Source: a virus. Taken from it: a stretch of DNA of 64,000 bases. The stretch lies in the IMG/VR virus record IMGVR_UViG_3300045988_080648, one strand, 5' to 3'. Below, piece by piece: positions 27,111 through 37,753 of the stretch. Every line of letters starts with the position of its first letter. Position 1 is the first letter of the stretch. Below the pieces are notes generated by a model. It searched no databases and was not told where the DNA came from. It saw only the letters and a list, made by a program, of their open reading frames with translations. The position numbers and the translations under genes were made by a program.

Positions 27111-28121
27111 ATGGAATTAGATTTTTCTTATAAGCCAGATATTACTAAGGACTACTTACTTAAATATAACACAGAGGAAGCCTATATGGAGTATTATCTT
27201 GGCGTAAAAGTTTCAAAAAAATTAATTTGTAATCCTTTACGTAAAGATAAAAATCCTACGGCTTCCTTTTTTCGTAATTCTAAAGGAGAACTTATATTCC
27301 ATGATTTTAATGGAAGCTTTTATGGAAACTTTATATCTGTAGTTATGACTAAATATGCTTGTAAATACCATCAAGCATTAGACATTATAGCTAAAGATTT
27401 TGGATTATTAAAAGGACAAAATAATTATCATTCTGTAATACAATCAAGTACTTCTTTTGTTAAAACAAATGAACCAGCAGATATACGAGTAGAAATAAAA
27501 GATTTCTCAGAAGACGAATTAAAATGGTGGGGTAAACAAGGAGTTTCTTTAGAATTACTAAATAAATATAAAGTATATTCTTGTCGTACTGTATTTTTAA
27601 ATGGTAATATTCAAACTATAAAGACTAAAGATAACTTTATCTTCGGATATTATGGTGGAACAATGCAAAGTAAAGAGTTGTGGAGAATTTACTATCCTAA
27701 ACGCAAGGAATATAGATTTCTAACAAATTGGCCCTCTAAAAAGGTTCAGGGTTATAGTCAGTTACCTAAAAAAGGTAATTTATTAGTTATAACTAAAAGT
27801 ATGAAAGATACTATGTGTTTAAGGGGTTTAGGTGTAACAGCTTGTGCTCCAAATAGTGAAACACAATGGTTATCTGAAAATATGTTAAATGATCTAAAAA
27901 AAAGATTTACTTATATAGTAACTTTTTATGATAATGATAGACCTGGAATGTTTAATATGGCTAAAATAAGAAGAAATCATCCAGAATTACTTTATTTCTT
28001 TATACCTCATAAATTCAAAGTAAAAGATATAAGTGATTTTTATAAAAAATATGGTCGACAGAATACTTTAAAGTTTATAAAGTATTATATAAAAAAATTA
28101 AGTAACTATGTCAAAAAGTAA
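27111..28121 (+). CDS. DnaG-like primase (TOPRIM-like LLVITKSMKDTMCL ... FYDNDRPG; degenerate CHC2-like N-terminus CNPLRKDKNPTASFF)
   Basis: ORF track. Motif resemblance only. Confidence 0.45.
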   Translation: MELDFSYKPDITKDYLLKYNTEEAYMEYYLGVKVSKKLICNPLRKDKNPTASFFRNSKGELIFHDFNGSFYGNFISVVMTKYACKYHQALDIIAKDFGLLKGQNNYHSVIQSSTSFVKTNEPADIRVEIKDFSEDELKWWGKQGVSLELLNKYKVYSCRTVFLNGNIQTIKTKDNFIFGYYGGTMQSKELWRIYYPKRKEYRFLTNWPSKKVQGYSQLPKKGNLLVITKSMKDTMCLRGLGVTACAPNSETQWLSENMLNDLKKRFTYIVTFYDNDRPGMFNMAKIRRNHPELLYFFIPHKFKVKDISDFYKKYGRQNTLKFIKYYIKKLSNYVKK

Positions 28122-28167
28122 TTAGAATCTGAACACTGCTATTAGAATAACATATAAAAACGGCGAT

Positions 28168-28677
28168 GTGCACGATTATTCATCTATAGAAGAATGTTCT
28201 GAGAAAACTAAAATAAGTCAAGCAGCTCTTAAAATTAGATGTAATAAATCTGGAAAAATGGCTGATGGCACTTTATATGAATGGATAGATAGCCATACTA
28301 AGAAGAGTTATCAAGCTAAAAAATCTAGAAATAAAGGAAGTGCATGGGAAGCAGATATAATTCATCATCTTAGAGATATGGGGTATACTGAGTGTGTAAG
28401 TGCTAGAGGAGAAAGTAAGTTTACAGATAATAATAAAGTTGATATAATTGATAAGTCTGGAAAATTACCTATAAATATTCAAGCAAAACATACTGCTAAT
28501 ACTCCAGCATATTTTAAGATAGAAAATTCTTGCCCATACAAGGACAAGTCATTCGTACTATGCTGGAAGAAGGCTCCAACAGAAGGCAGTGTTAGTCCAG
28601 GAGCAATAGCAATGGTTCCTATGGATTTCTTCTATACTTTATTAGAATGTTATTCTAAAAGTAATAATTTAATATGA
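28168..28677 (+). CDS. hypothetical protein (169 aa)
   Basis: ORF track. Confidence 0.45.
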   Translation: MHDYSSIEECSEKTKISQAALKIRCNKSGKMADGTLYEWIDSHTKKSYQAKKSRNKGSAWEADIIHHLRDMGYTECVSARGESKFTDNNKVDIIDKSGKLPINIQAKHTANTPAYFKIENSCPYKDKSFVLCWKKAPTEGSVSPGAIAMVPMDFFYTLLECYSKSNNLI

Positions 28678-28862
28678 GGGAATTATTAATCTTAGGAGTA
28701 ATAGATTTTATAATAAGTATAATATTAATTTTACTTAAGATCTTTGGAATATTATTATGGAGTTGGATAACATTAGCAGTGGTAATATTTTTATCACTTC
28801 CAATTACCATAATGATATTATTTATTATTATAATGATAATTATATATAACAATACCAAATGA
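28674..28862 (+). CDS. small membrane protein
   Basis: ORF track. Hydrophobic. Confidence 0.35.
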   Translation: MRELLILGVIDFIISIILILLKIFGILLWSWITLAVVIFLSLPITIMILFIIIMIIIYNNTK

Positions 28863-29104
28863 ATAATTATATTTTTGCAATTTGTCAGAGTAATAAAAAT
28901 AAACTTCATAAGTTAACTGCATCTTCATATGAGGAAGCTGTTGAAAAGGCTAAAGAAGAAATTGATAAGTACTTAAATTTAGACGATGATACATATGCTA
29001 TTCTTGATAACAATGATAGCTGGATAAATATCAGAGCTGAACTGGCTAAGAAAGGTATTGGGGTAACATATATAAGAGATATTGAGGAATTATTTAATCT
29101 ATGA
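28859..29104 (+). CDS. hypothetical protein (81 aa)
   Basis: ORF track. Confidence 0.45.
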   Translation: MNNYIFAICQSNKNKLHKLTASSYEEAVEKAKEEIDKYLNLDDDTYAILDNNDSWINIRAELAKKGIGVTYIRDIEELFNL

Positions 29105-29637
29105 AATTAAGAATTGGTTTAGATTTAGATGATACATTAAATGAGTTTATGAATCCATATTTAAAAAGATTTGGATATCCTAAGTCTGATGGAGAAATAA
29201 CAAAAAATGTACAACAAGTTTTAATAAAAGACAGAGAATGGTGGATAAATCTTCCAGTAAAAAATAAAATAAACTTTATACCTGAATTATATTGTACTAA
29301 AAGAGTATGCAATAAAGACTATAGTAAAACATGGTTAAAGAATAATGGTTATCCTAGTAAACCTGTTTATCAAGTCTTGTGTCAGCGTGCTAATAAAGCT
29401 AGGTATATAAAAGGTAGAGTTGATATTTTTATTGATGATTCTGTTAATAATTTTATTCAGATGAATCTAGCAGGGTTGCCTTGCTTATTAATAGCTTCTG
29501 AATCTAATGAAAAATGGGGTCCTTATGGTAAGATTTATAGTTTAGATAAAGAAGAGATAGAATATGGATATGAATGTATAAAAGAGTCGGAAGACTTTAA
29601 TAATTATTTACGTGAAATTAAGTCAAATTTCTATTAA
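29101..29637 (+). CDS. HAD-superfamily 5'(3')-deoxyribonucleotidase-like protein (motif I GLDLDDTL, motif III-IV FIDDSVNN)
   Basis: ORF track. HAD DxDxT motif. Confidence 0.55.
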   Translation: MKLRIGLDLDDTLNEFMNPYLKRFGYPKSDGEITKNVQQVLIKDREWWINLPVKNKINFIPELYCTKRVCNKDYSKTWLKNNGYPSKPVYQVLCQRANKARYIKGRVDIFIDDSVNNFIQMNLAGLPCLLIASESNEKWGPYGKIYSLDKEEIEYGYECIKESEDFNNYLREIKSNFY

Positions 29638-30658
29638 ACCTCTGATAGAGACTTTAAGAGTTGAAGATATTGATGATAATACTTATTTCTCAGAAAAGTA
29701 TAATAATTATATCTCAAACTCTAGATTATCTAAGATAAATCCAGATCAAGATGGTTCTCCAACAGAGTTCTTTGATAATTGGGGTAAGACTAAATTAAAT
29801 ACAACTAGCCTGGAATTTGGTAGTTGGTTACATACTTTAGTTTTACAACCTAATGACTTCTTTTTAACAGACGTTAGCAGACCTACTGCTAAAATGGGAT
29901 CAATGGCAGATTATATTTATAAGAAAACACAAGGTATCAATGTTACTAATGATATTATATTAGAAGCATCTGATAAATGTGATTACTATAAAGATAAAAT
30001 GTCAGATAAAAAGATAGAAAAAGTATTAGCAGACTGCATTCAATACTGGTGTGATAGAAAAGCTTTTGAAAAAGAAAATAATGATACTAGAACACCAATA
30101 TTCACAGACCCTAAGAATCATGCTAAACTAAAAATCTGTCTAGAATCTTTAAATAGTGATACACAAATTCAATCTCTACTAAATCCTGAAGGATTACTAG
30201 AACAACCAATTATTGGTAATGAGATAGCTTTTCTTATAGATGTTTTAGTAGAGGCTCCAGAGCATAAACCTTTTATACTAAAAATTAAGTCTAAACTTGA
30301 TAATTATAGTATAAATAAAGAAGAAGGAGTAATCACTGTAAATGATTTAAAAACCACAGGAGATTTAATAAATAACTTTGCTAAAGGAGCTCTTATTAAA
30401 TATCACTATTATAGAGAAATGGCTTTATATAGTTGGTTATTAACTATGGCTGCTAAGAAGAATTATAACATTGAGAATCCTAAAATTAGAAGTAATTTCT
30501 TAGTAGTAGAAACTATTCCAAATTTTAATACTAAAGTAGTTCCTATGACTAGAGAACTTTTTAATAAAGGATTTAAAGAGTTTACTCACCTTCTTAAATT
30601 AGTAGCATTTTATTGTATGCATGGTTATGAGGGATTCGGAATTACTCAAGAGACCTAA
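29612..30658 (+). CDS. hypothetical protein (348 aa). Possibly a PD-(D/E)xK-type nuclease (weak: DLKTTGD ... KYHYYREMALY).
   Basis: ORF track. Weak motif resemblance only. Confidence 0.45.
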   Translation: MKLSQISIKPLIETLRVEDIDDNTYFSEKYNNYISNSRLSKINPDQDGSPTEFFDNWGKTKLNTTSLEFGSWLHTLVLQPNDFFLTDVSRPTAKMGSMADYIYKKTQGINVTNDIILEASDKCDYYKDKMSDKKIEKVLADCIQYWCDRKAFEKENNDTRTPIFTDPKNHAKLKICLESLNSDTQIQSLLNPEGLLEQPIIGNEIAFLIDVLVEAPEHKPFILKIKSKLDNYSINKEEGVITVNDLKTTGDLINNFAKGALIKYHYYREMALYSWLLTMAAKKNYNIENPKIRSNFLVVETIPNFNTKVVPMTRELFNKGFKEFTHLLKLVAFYCMHGYEGFGITQET

Positions 30659-31072
30659 TTATACTAAACTTTCCGATTTATATCGTAAATACTTTAGTTT
30701 AGGGTCTTTAGGGAAAAATATAAATTTAAAATTTGCACTTATATCGTTACTTGGATATATGGTAAATTCTATGAAGAAGAAAAAACCTGGAGTTACTTAT
30801 TATGAAGTAACTGCTAAACTAGCAGAAAAAACAGGTCTTGATGAAGATACAATACAAGCTATTGCTATCATCACTGAGGATTTTTCATATGGATGTACCG
30901 ATTTTCCAACATTTGGCGTGCAACCAAAAGATATGCCAACAAAAATAAGAGAATTAATGGGAAAATTTCTCCCATTCTAAAAAAATTAATTTTTTTATAA
31001 TTTTCTTTTTGGAGGCAAAAAATATAGATTATATTAGCATTACAAAGATAAAGAAAAAACATCGCAGATGAT

Positions 31073-31753
31073 TTGATAATAAGAATTAATGTTAATATAT
31101 TTTTGAAAATGAGTGAAATTTTTAATTTTAAGAGTTTTGAAGTAAGTGCAGAAACAAAGGAAGCAGCAGTAGCACAGGTAGAGAAAGAGAATTTCCATAT
31201 TAATGGTGATGCAACACAGGCATGGAAGAAGTTCCATGAGAAGAATGCTAAAGTAACTTCTAATGATGAGAAGGAATTTAAGCTGGAGTATTTGAAGAAA
31301 AAGACTAAGAATGCTCCTGGTAGTGGTTTTATTGTAACTCTTTCTAGTGCTGTTGTAAGTACACGTGAGCGTCCTTGGAAGGTTGTTGATATTAAGACTG
31401 AGGGTAAGCGTGATACTCAGAAGAAGTTTGATTTGGTAGACCACGATACAAAGGAAGTACTGAAGACTTTGAAGTCTGAGCGTGTAAAGAACGAGAAGGC
31501 TGGTAAGCCAATTCTTGATAAGGATGGTAACGATACTGGTCGTGTTGAGCCAGATACAAAGGTTATTCGTCCTACTAAGACCGCAGCTAAGGAAATGGCT
31601 AAAGAGCTTATTAAGAAGGGCTTTAAGGGTCAGATCGATATCGTTCAGGGTAAGGAGTCTATTGGTGCTGACCCAGTAGTAGCTACCGTAACTTATACTC
31701 CATCTAAGAGTGCTAAGAATGGTCGCTTCATGTTCTTTGGTTTGGAATTTTAA
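31073..31753 (+). CDS. lysine-rich hypothetical protein with distinct, GC-richer codon usage. The true start is probably M at 31111 (MSEIFNF).
   Basis: ORF track. Codon bias resembles the flotillin gene. Followed by a terminator-like hairpin. Confidence 0.5.
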   Translation: MIIRINVNIFLKMSEIFNFKSFEVSAETKEAAVAQVEKENFHINGDATQAWKKFHEKNAKVTSNDEKEFKLEYLKKKTKNAPGSGFIVTLSSAVVSTRERPWKVVDIKTEGKRDTQKKFDLVDHDTKEVLKTLKSERVKNEKAGKPILDKDGNDTGRVEPDTKVIRPTKTAAKEMAKELIKKGFKGQIDIVQGKESIGADPVVATVTYTPSKSAKNGRFMFFGLEF

Positions 31754-31776
31754 TTTAACAATATAATTAGTAAGTA

Positions 31777-31809
31777 AGGCAGGTGCTCGTGAGAGTATCT
31801 GCCTTTTTT
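31777..31809 (+). terminator. terminator-like hairpin (AGGCAG...CTGCCT, then TTTTT)
   Basis: Inverted repeat plus T5 run. Confidence 0.5.
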
Positions 31810-31883
31810 AATTTAGATACCTTTTATTTTACTAGATACTTTTATTTATAAAGGCGTAACAGCTATCTAATTTTTAAAAAAGT

Positions 31884-33410
31884 ATGAAACAAGCAACAAA
31901 ATCTTCTTATATTAAGTTATTTAATGATGCAATTAATAATAATCGTTCTTTAAAAGTTCAGTGTGTTATATCAGGAAAAAATGTAAACACTGTATATATG
32001 ACAATAAGAAATCTTAGAAAGAAAGAAAATAAAGATGACGATGATAAGAAGATATTGGAATTATATGACAGACTAAAGAATATTAAGAAAAAAGAAGTAA
32101 AAAAAGATACAGATGATGCTTCTAATACTTGGGAAATAAGAGACGAAGAAACTGGTAAAATTACTGGATATAAGTTTGAGATTTTCAGAAGAAATAAGCC
32201 CGCAATCACAGGAGTCTTTACTAGAAACGAAATGAATAGTGTATATAGAATGTATACCTATTACGGTTCTGGTTTAACCCAGCAGATTGTCAGCAGATAT
32301 TTCCCAGACTATTCTCTTATTGACTTTAAAAGAATTTTACGAGCTTTTAATATTACTAAAGCATCCTCTCCATTTGCTCCTCATATGTATGAAGAATATA
32401 CTGAGGATGAATTAAAAGAAATGCATCTTAGAGAAAAAGAGAATGATTTCTTAAAAAGAATAGAGAAAGATGAAGTAAAAGATTTACGAGCTTTAGTTAC
32501 TAAGTTAACTAAGGAAACTTCTAAGTCTTTAAATAAGGAGTTTATAGAAACTACTATTAAAAATACAGTAAAGGATTATAAAGAACTTCCAGTAAATATT
32601 AATAATAAAGAAGCGAAATATCCTGATTTAATTATATGGTTATCTGATTTACATATCGGAGCTTATAATGCTAAGTATAGTAGTTTTGTACAGTTACCTT
32701 CTTATGATGTTCCAGAAATTAAATCTAGATTATCTAGAATTGTAGAATCTTTTGTAGGACAAGAATATCATTCTGTATATGTAGTTAATCTTGGAGATTC
32801 TATTGATGGATTTAATAAAGAAACTACTAGAGGAGGTCATGAACTTCCTGAGATTCTTGATAATAAAGAAATTAGTGAAGCATTTATAGAGTGTATGATG
32901 GAGTTCTTTGCTACTCTTACAGTAAAAGTAAAAAGTGAAGATTTTAATTATCTCTCTATAGGAGAATCTAATCATGGTGGTGATTTTGAATGGTTAAATC
33001 AAAAACTTTTAGCGGCGTATTTAACTAAATATAATGTTAAAAGTTATATTAGTAACTATCCTATTGATAATTTTATTATTGGAGATCATCAATTCCTGTA
33101 TGTTCACGGAAAAGACTCGGGAAATCAAACTAGACAATTTCCTCTTACTTTAAATCCTCAGACTGAATTATTCTTTGCTAATTATATAGCAGAAAAAGGT
33201 ATATGTAGTCCTCATATTTATGTAGTAAAAGGCGATTTACATAATTATGCTTATACTACTGGTAAGCAGTTTGACTATATATCAGTAGGTAGTATGTATG
33301 GTAGTAGTAATTATATTACTGCTAACTTTGGACATACTAAGTGGAGTATTAATTATACTATTGTAAAAAATAAAGATATTTTGATGGGAACTATTAAAGG
33401 AAATAATTAA
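31884..33410 (+). CDS. calcineurin-like metallophosphoesterase with an N-terminal extension (motifs SDLHIG, LGDSIDG, SNHGGDFEW)
   Basis: ORF track. MPE motifs I-III. Confidence 0.5.
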   Translation: MKQATKSSYIKLFNDAINNNRSLKVQCVISGKNVNTVYMTIRNLRKKENKDDDDKKILELYDRLKNIKKKEVKKDTDDASNTWEIRDEETGKITGYKFEIFRRNKPAITGVFTRNEMNSVYRMYTYYGSGLTQQIVSRYFPDYSLIDFKRILRAFNITKASSPFAPHMYEEYTEDELKEMHLREKENDFLKRIEKDEVKDLRALVTKLTKETSKSLNKEFIETTIKNTVKDYKELPVNINNKEAKYPDLIIWLSDLHIGAYNAKYSSFVQLPSYDVPEIKSRLSRIVESFVGQEYHSVYVVNLGDSIDGFNKETTRGGHELPEILDNKEISEAFIECMMEFFATLTVKVKSEDFNYLSIGESNHGGDFEWLNQKLLAAYLTKYNVKSYISNYPIDNFIIGDHQFLYVHGKDSGNQTRQFPLTLNPQTELFFANYIAEKGICSPHIYVVKGDLHNYAYTTGKQFDYISVGSMYGSSNYITANFGHTKWSINYTIVKNKDILMGTIKGNN

Positions 33411-33676
33411 TGAGGGACATAAGACTTCCGGAAACATCCGATAAATCTATAGACATCTCTGCTATAGATACAAATACTGAAGGTATTATTTTAGCATACA
33501 AAGGTAATAAACCAATAGGATTTATTGGATATGACGATGATAATAATGAATGGGTATACTTAGATGATATTACTATAAACTGTAGTTACAAACGAGATGA
33601 AAATTTATTAGCTTTACTAAGAAACGTAATAGCTAGTAATCATGCCGATAGTTTTAAATTAGTTGATTTTAAATAA
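33410..33676 (+). CDS. small protein, member of a 3-gene paralog family (with 33676 and 34567)
   Basis: ORF track. Shared pattern (I/L)IAYK.....G.I.Y.....W.Y.D.I. Confidence 0.45.
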   Translation: MRDIRLPETSDKSIDISAIDTNTEGIILAYKGNKPIGFIGYDDDNNEWVYLDDITINCSYKRDENLLALLRNVIASNHADSFKLVDFK

Positions 33677-33960
33677 TGAAATATATTATTATTCCTAAAA
33701 GTAGTGATACTACTATAGATTTAGCAGCTATTACTAATAATTATAAAGGTATAATTATCGCTTATAAAGAAGGTATGGCTGTAGGAAGCATTTCATATTG
33801 TTCAGATACTAAAATGTGGTATTTTTGCGATAATATAGATGATGCTCAAATTGATACATTTAAAGATACATTATTAGAATTAATCAATGAGTTAGTAGAT
33901 ATTAAACATATAGCAGATAATTTTAGATTATTAGAATTTTATACTAACAACGATGATTAG
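33676..33960 (+). CDS. small protein, paralog of 33410
   Basis: ORF track. Confidence 0.45.
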   Translation: MKYIIIPKSSDTTIDLAAITNNYKGIIIAYKEGMAVGSISYCSDTKMWYFCDNIDDAQIDTFKDTLLELINELVDIKHIADNFRLLEFYTNNDD

Positions 33961-34573
33961 TAGAGAAGACGTTTTACAGGAAGCTTTACATAAGTGTTTT
34001 GTAGAAATGTATAGATGGGCTCAGCCTTCTATAGATTTGGATGAGCTTATTAAGAATGGATTTAAAGATAGTGAGAAAGATCCTTTATATGCTAGACATT
34101 ATTTATCTCAAGATAATTTTAACTATATAAGAGATACTTATATGTATGCATATGGTATTAAGGATACTTGGGATGATACTTTTGAAATATTAATTAAGCA
34201 ACTCTTAGAAGGAGGTGTAGAAGATGACTATAAAGAAGCTACTCCTGATAAACCTGCTTATAGAGATTATAAAAAAGTTCTCCCACTAAAAGAAGTTCTT
34301 ACTTGTCCAGGAGAAGTTAATACTATTATTGACTATATAAAGAAATGTCAAAACTTTTATAAAGGGCATTGCTATGAAACTAATAAATTTTCTTGTAGTA
34401 TTGCATTAGGTCCTAGTCCTAATTGTAATGCAAAACATGTTACAGAATATTGGCATAGCCATGGTAAACCAGAGTTTAAAATAGTAGAATATAATATCTC
34501 AGATGTTATTTACGGAGATGGAGACTTTGAAGAAGTATCTGATGAAGAATTTCTCGCTACATTAAAATGGTAA
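33953..34573 (+). CDS. hypothetical protein (206 aa)
   Basis: ORF track. Confidence 0.5.
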   Translation: MISREDVLQEALHKCFVEMYRWAQPSIDLDELIKNGFKDSEKDPLYARHYLSQDNFNYIRDTYMYAYGIKDTWDDTFEILIKQLLEGGVEDDYKEATPDKPAYRDYKKVLPLKEVLTCPGEVNTIIDYIKKCQNFYKGHCYETNKFSCSIALGPSPNCNAKHVTEYWHSHGKPEFKIVEYNISDVIYGDGDFEEVSDEEFLATLKW

Positions 34574-34791
34574 CTAATGAAATTACTAAAGATAACAAAA
34601 CACTACTTATCTGCTATAAAAATTCATATCCCTGTGGACAAATATTATACAACGGGAGTAAGTGGATATATATTACTAGTGTAGATATAAATAAAGTTAA
34701 TTATGCGGAAGATACTCCTCATAATTTAGTACAAAAATTATTAGATAAAGAAATTATTGATAATATAATGTTTTTTACATATAATGGATAG
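34567..34791 (+). CDS. small protein, third paralog of the 33410 family
   Basis: ORF track. Confidence 0.4.
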   Translation: MVTNEITKDNKTLLICYKNSYPCGQILYNGSKWIYITSVDINKVNYAEDTPHNLVQKLLDKEIIDNIMFFTYNG

Positions 34792-35578
34792 AATGTCAAC
34801 TGAATTTACTTTAGAAGAAGTATTAAAAGGAAAAGCTACTAGTATTAAAGGTAAAGATTATCTTCCTACTAGAGGATATGTTGAGCCTTTTCTAGAAAGA
34901 GTTCAAAAATTAACTTCTGATATTAGAGTACATGTAAAATTACCTGATCAAATCACTTATAATAAAAATGGTGATATAGATACTGCTGATTTAACTTTTA
35001 ATAGAGTATTGTTGGAAGCAGTATTGCCAAATGAATATCAATATGCTAATCATCAGCAAGTAATTGGTATGGTATATGGTCTAGATACTAGAAAAGCTGT
35101 TGTAAAAATGTTCTCAGGTGCCATAAATTCTGCTTGCACTAACCTTTGTGTGTTTAATCCAGACAGTTTAGTAGTTAATGAGATAGAACCAGAGACTCCG
35201 ATTAACTTTAAACCAATTACAAGACTTGTAGAGCAAACCACAGAGATAGGAGTTACTCTCAGACGTTTTGCAGACACAGATTTTGATTATACCAATAAAA
35301 GTTTTGTAAATGAATGTTTAGGTAGATGGGTTCGTAACTGTATGTCTGAATCTATTGATAATGGTTTTGGTAAAGTGAAATTAGCCACATCAACTCCTAT
35401 TGATGCTTATAAATTATTGTTTGATAAAAAAGATAGCCCATATCTTATATCAGATAATAACGCAAATATGTTTACTGTATATAATGCATTCACTCAAATT
35501 ATAACTGACTCTATGAAAAAGGATATTATGAATCAGGTTGAGAAAACTTTACTAGTAAACAGCATTTTAACTTTGTAA
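34784..35578 (+). CDS. hypothetical protein (264 aa)
   Basis: ORF track. Confidence 0.5.
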   Translation: MDRMSTEFTLEEVLKGKATSIKGKDYLPTRGYVEPFLERVQKLTSDIRVHVKLPDQITYNKNGDIDTADLTFNRVLLEAVLPNEYQYANHQQVIGMVYGLDTRKAVVKMFSGAINSACTNLCVFNPDSLVVNEIEPETPINFKPITRLVEQTTEIGVTLRRFADTDFDYTNKSFVNECLGRWVRNCMSESIDNGFGKVKLATSTPIDAYKLLFDKKDSPYLISDNNANMFTVYNAFTQIITDSMKKDIMNQVEKTLLVNSILTL

Positions 35579-35675
35579 ATAATATTTTGAAATAACTATA
35601 TAAGCACTATATTATTAGTTCAGTACTAGTATTATAGTGCTTATTTCGTAGATGATTTAAAATGTTAATTTATAA

Positions 35676-37445
35676 ATGTTATTTATGGTAATAAAGAGAG
35701 ACGGAAGTAAAGAAGAATTTAACAGAAACAAAATTAGAGATGCTGTACTAAAGGCTTTTGGAGTTACTCAAAACTCTAGTAAGACAATGGATGAAGATAT
35801 TTACAGAGCAGTTACTGAGATAACTAATTCTGTAGTAGAGACTGAAGATCAATCTATTGAGGATATTCAAGATCAAATTGAAGAACTCTTAATGGATTTA
35901 GGATATTATAGCGTGGCTAAAAAATATATTCTATATCGTAAAGAACGTGAAGATATTAGAAATCATGCTACTAGGGATATTGAATTTATTCATAATTTTG
36001 TAAAATCTGATAATACTGCTAATGCTACTATTGATGATAATAGTAATGTAGGAACTAAAGGTATTGGAGTATTAAACGCTGAAATACATAAAGTCGATAA
36101 TAAACTTACTAATACAGAATGGTGGGAAAGTTTTGTAAAGAAGAGAGATCCTAACTTTAATATAAAAGTTATGAGGAATGACTTTAAAACTATTTTGTAT
36201 CCTCATGACTCATCTTCTCAAGTAGGAGAACCATATTGTATGGCAGCTTCTATGTATCCTTTCTTATTGTCTGGATTAGAGAAATTAGGAGGTAAATCAG
36301 CCGTCCCAAAGAACCTTGATTCATTCTGTGGTATTTATGTAAATCTAAATTTTGCATTAGCCTCTGAAATTAAAGGAGCAGTAGCTACTCCTGAGTTTCT
36401 GATGTATATGGATTATTTCTGTAGAAAAGAATGGGGAAATAATTATTATCTCAAACCAAGTGTAAAAATAACTACAGACTATTGTATAAAACAGAAAACT
36501 ATTGGTAGTCAAATTGATCAGTATTTCCAACAGGTAACCTATTCCATTAATCAAATAGCGGGATCTAGAGGAATGCAGTCTCCATTTACAAATTTTTCAT
36601 TCTTCGATAAATATTTCTTTGAAGGTATGTTTGGAGAATTTGTATTTCCAGACGGGACAAAGCCAGAGTGGAATTCTACTAATTGGTTACAAAAGCGTTA
36701 TTTACATTGGTTAAATCAAGAAAGATTAAAATGTATCTTAACATTTCCTGTATGTAGCTATGCTTGCTTAACAGATGAGGAAGGTAATTTTAAAGATTTA
36801 GATACTTTCAATTTTATATGCAGTGAATATGCTCAAGGAAATTCTTTCTTTACTTATCTATCTCGTAGTGTAGATAGCTTAAGTTCATGTTGCCGTTTAC
36901 AAAATGCAGTACAAGAAAATACATTTAATACTACTAATGGTCAAATAGGTGTAATGACTGGTAGTAAGAATGTAATCACTCTTAATTTAAATAGAATTAT
37001 TCAGGATTGGCAGCATACTTGGTCTGATTATAAAGACCATATTGATGTTAACACCAATAAGTGTTGTTTCCCAGTAGATTGGATTACACATAAAGACTTC
37101 CAAGAAGGAATTAAGAAATATCTAGAAAATATTCTTGAAAGAGTTTATTTGTATCAGTATGCTTATAACGACTTAATGCATTGGTGCAAAGACCATCATT
37201 TATATGCTGCTTATGATGCTGGTTTTATTAATCTTGATAAACAGTATTTAACTATTGGAATTAATGGCTTAAATCAAGCTGCTGAATACTTAGGAATGGA
37301 ATGTAATAATAATATTTATTATAAGACATTCTGTAGATTGATATTCAGCACTATAAAAGAACAGAATAAGAAACATAAAACTAAAACAGCTCAATTTAAT
37401 ACTGAACAAGTGCCTAGACGTGTGGGCACTATAAATCTCTTTTAA
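35676..37445 (+). CDS. nrdD: anaerobic ribonucleoside-triphosphate reductase NrdD, exon 1. It has an ATP-cone at the N-terminus (VIKRDGSKEEFNRNKIRDAVLKAFG). The 3' boundary is uncertain because the ORF reads into intron 1 until the TAA at 37443-37445.
   Basis: ORF track. ATP-cone signature. The continuation with a Zn-ribbon is in exons 2 and 3. Confidence 0.7.
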   Translation: MLFMVIKRDGSKEEFNRNKIRDAVLKAFGVTQNSSKTMDEDIYRAVTEITNSVVETEDQSIEDIQDQIEELLMDLGYYSVAKKYILYRKEREDIRNHATRDIEFIHNFVKSDNTANATIDDNSNVGTKGIGVLNAEIHKVDNKLTNTEWWESFVKKRDPNFNIKVMRNDFKTILYPHDSSSQVGEPYCMAASMYPFLLSGLEKLGGKSAVPKNLDSFCGIYVNLNFALASEIKGAVATPEFLMYMDYFCRKEWGNNYYLKPSVKITTDYCIKQKTIGSQIDQYFQQVTYSINQIAGSRGMQSPFTNFSFFDKYFFEGMFGEFVFPDGTKPEWNSTNWLQKRYLHWLNQERLKCILTFPVCSYACLTDEEGNFKDLDTFNFICSEYAQGNSFFTYLSRSVDSLSSCCRLQNAVQENTFNTTNGQIGVMTGSKNVITLNLNRIIQDWQHTWSDYKDHIDVNTNKCCFPVDWITHKDFQEGIKKYLENILERVYLYQYAYNDLMHWCKDHHLYAAYDAGFINLDKQYLTIGINGLNQAAEYLGMECNNNIYYKTFCRLIFSTIKEQNKKHKTKTAQFNTEQVPRRVGTINLF

Positions 37446-37753
37446 TTGACTCGAAACTCCTTAAATTAAGGACAACGAGGGGCAAGCAATAATTATTATA
37501 ATTATGGGCAGCCTGAGAGACTAAATAAAGAGAATTTTAAATAAATTTATTTAAAATATGCAATAGTCCGAACTCTATGGTAACATAGAGAGAGAAAATC
37601 GAAGAATTTTCTCCGTTAATAATATAATATACAAAATAATTTTGATTCCTAAGAATTATTTTACAAATATAGTTCATAAAGATTTATATTATATTATTAA
37701 TCATCCTTCGCCAATAGAGGAATTAAATAAAATATTAGAAATTCCTTCTATAG
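37431..37753 (+). mobile_element. ORF-less group I-type intron 1 in nrdD. Boundaries are approximate (plus or minus 40 nt). The proposed omega-G is the G of TAG at 37753.
   Basis: The coding potential is lost for about 320 nt between two nrdD reading-frame segments. It contains AGTCCGAAC / TATGGTAACATAGAG blocks that also occur in the polA introns at 57517 and 58843. Confidence 0.45.

Noticed and set aside
30621-30980. ORF 30621-30980 overlapping the end of 29612-30658
   Set aside because: Weak. There is no conserved motif and it overlaps the 3' end of a longer gene. It could be real, but there is no support from sequence alone.
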